Both the position numbers and the translations under genes were made by a program. A model generated the notes under the pieces. The model was not told the origin of the DNA. It saw nothing but the letters and a program-made list of their open reading frames with translations, and did not search any database. Source: Balanoglossus misakiensis (taxonomy: Eukaryota > Animalia > Hemichordata). From it: a stretch of DNA of 64,000 nt. The DNA lies in the NCBI GenBank assembly GCA_040954595.2, contig CM082579.2, positions 13,145,834-13,209,833 of the forward strand, given 5' to 3'. This document shows positions 61,951-64,000 of the stretch, piece after piece (within the stretch, counting starts at the first letter, position 1; each line of letters opens with the position of its first letter).

Positions 61951-64000
61951 AGCCACAATCGAGTTTACTGATTTGTTTGTGTACACCGACCAGTAAACTT
62001 TAACTTATTGGACCATTCAAAAGTAAAATCATGAAAATATTTTTAAATTAATACCAGATTCACACAGGGCAAAATTCAAAATGTTTGAGAGACACTACTT
62101 GCCTATGGTAAATACAGAGGATTAAACCTTTGATTTGCCTCTTGTCCACATACAACATTTATGTATAGGCACTATGGCTTGGCCCCATAGACAATAGGTT
62201 GTTTAGAGGTATTAATCCTTACACCGGCGCAGGTTGTCAAAGCCGTCTCGAATCTGACACGTTTCAGCACCACTTGAACTGATAACAAATAATTATTTAT
62301 GCAAGTATTTCATCTGAGACATTTTAGAAACGTATTAATGGTCCCTGTGTAACTCCCATATAAAATTGTGCTTAATTAAATTGGCAGTTTAATCAGTAAT
62401 GCCCTGACAGTGGATCTGACTATAGAGAAAATTTTCACGTATTGTTGTCATGGATTCTGGTGGAGTGACCATGAGATAGGCAATAGACCTGTTATGCATG
62501 AATGGATCACCAATTATGTATGAGGTGCATGTATATTTGATTTCAAGAAAAGAGTTTAAATAAATTTTGGACATCCCATGCCATATCACACTGTTCACTG
62601 GCATGGACTAACAGAGTATGGGAGGGGGGGGAAGGCATTTCTTGAGCATAAATTGCACAATATAAAGGAGAGAGGTGGGAAAAGATTCCTCCATACACCT
62701 GAAATTTTCTTTAAAGATAATTCTTTGCTTTGGCTAGATTATCAATGCATTGCATTTTGTTGCCATGCTATAGCAACCACCTGGCAATGAAAAATCACAT
62801 ACAACCACCTGCCAAATGCCAAATCCTTGAATTTTATAATCGTGAAAATAAATTTCATCAACCATAAGGCCAAACTGCACTAATACCGTGTACAAAATAC
62901 ATGAAAATGTTGACGTTGGATCCAACTTGTGTGAGTTTCAGTGCTCATTCATAGTTCACTGTTGAGGTACCCGATCATTGTAATAATGTCAGGGGATGCA
63001 GCATGAAAGAGGACGTCAACAAAATGAATGTAACTATGAGTAGAAAGGATGCCAACCCCCCCCCCCCCCACTTCAGTGTTTATATGAATCCTTCCATATT
63101 CATGACACAACCATTCTGGTCAGTTTTAATTATAGCAATCGTATCCAGAAACTACTTGCTTGCAAAGTTTTCTGCCCAAGGTTTTAAAAAGCTAGGTCCT
63201 GTACGTGCATGTACAACTCATTCAAAATAACATCACCATTGCATGATAGAACAGCCATACACAAATTCGTTAATAGATGCACACCTGCAGTATGATTACA
63301 ACCACACATGTACTCACTTTATCTACAGGTATATACATTTATGATCATTATATACAATTAATAGATGTTTGCTTCCCAAATTTACAGACCAAACATTTCA
63401 ATTTCTTAATTAAAAGCCAATAAATTCTGTACCTGCCAATAACCTCTGTTCCATTTCAATATCTACATGAATAAGAGCATAAAAAAGGTTAACATTAGGT
63501 GAATATTGAGATCTGGGAATGTATTGTATAGACTTCAAATGAGCAGAAGTCAGCCTCAAAGTTTTAAAAGATTTATTACACTGTCAAAGACTGAGTCCAT
63601 AACAAAGAAATGTGGGCGCGGTTTCTTGAATGAGAGGGCTCTTGGCAAGTTTGGGGTGGGGCTATGGAATATCCTCCCGCTGTCTGAGGATGACAGTTTT
63701 GACAATGTTTTGGTTTGGTCCTTAACTACAAGAATAAATTTCATGTATCTTGTTTTGTAAATAAAAGGATTGTTGCTAACCTCATCTGTTGGTGCCAACA
63801 GTTCTCTGAATCATGACTAGCATTTCATGACATAAGAACAACAACTAAGCGGATTCTACAAAACAACAACTGCACTGTGACTTCAAACAATCAATCAATC
63901 AAGCCTCTGCACACCTCTGAATAGTGAAACATTAAAAGGTAGGAGACAGCCAGCCAATATGCATTGCATGGTTATTATATTCCGTAGCCTTATACATAAA

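Overview
AT-rich, intron-containing eukaryotic DNA, probably from an invertebrate animal, dominated by transposable elements. The first 22 kb is one 127-bp satellite array interrupted by large DNA transposons. (i) One end (to 5140) of an Academ-like element whose 7-exon, ~1035-aa transposase looks intact. (ii) A 12.5-kb ISL2EU (PIF/Harbinger group) element, 6054-18587, with AT target-site duplication (TSD), convergently encoding a SWIM/YqaJ exonuclease and a THAP-DDE transposase. (iii) A second, divergent ISL2EU element, 7024-12869, nested in intron 1 of the outer YqaJ gene. The two ISL2EU elements carry reciprocal single nonsense mutations: the outer has a truncated transposase, the inner a truncated YqaJ. 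Downstream are several non-autonomous TIR elements, an unrecognised 7-exon host gene for a ~206-aa single-pass membrane/coiled-coil protein (30946-38608) that the ORF track shows only in pieces, RTE, Tc1 and Rex1 relics, a 1.11-kb tandem duplication, a nested ~4-kb inverted repeat, a 28-bp palindromic micro-insertion with a 7-bp TSD, and a near full-length CR1/L2-group LINE. All exon models and family calls were made by eye, without database searches.
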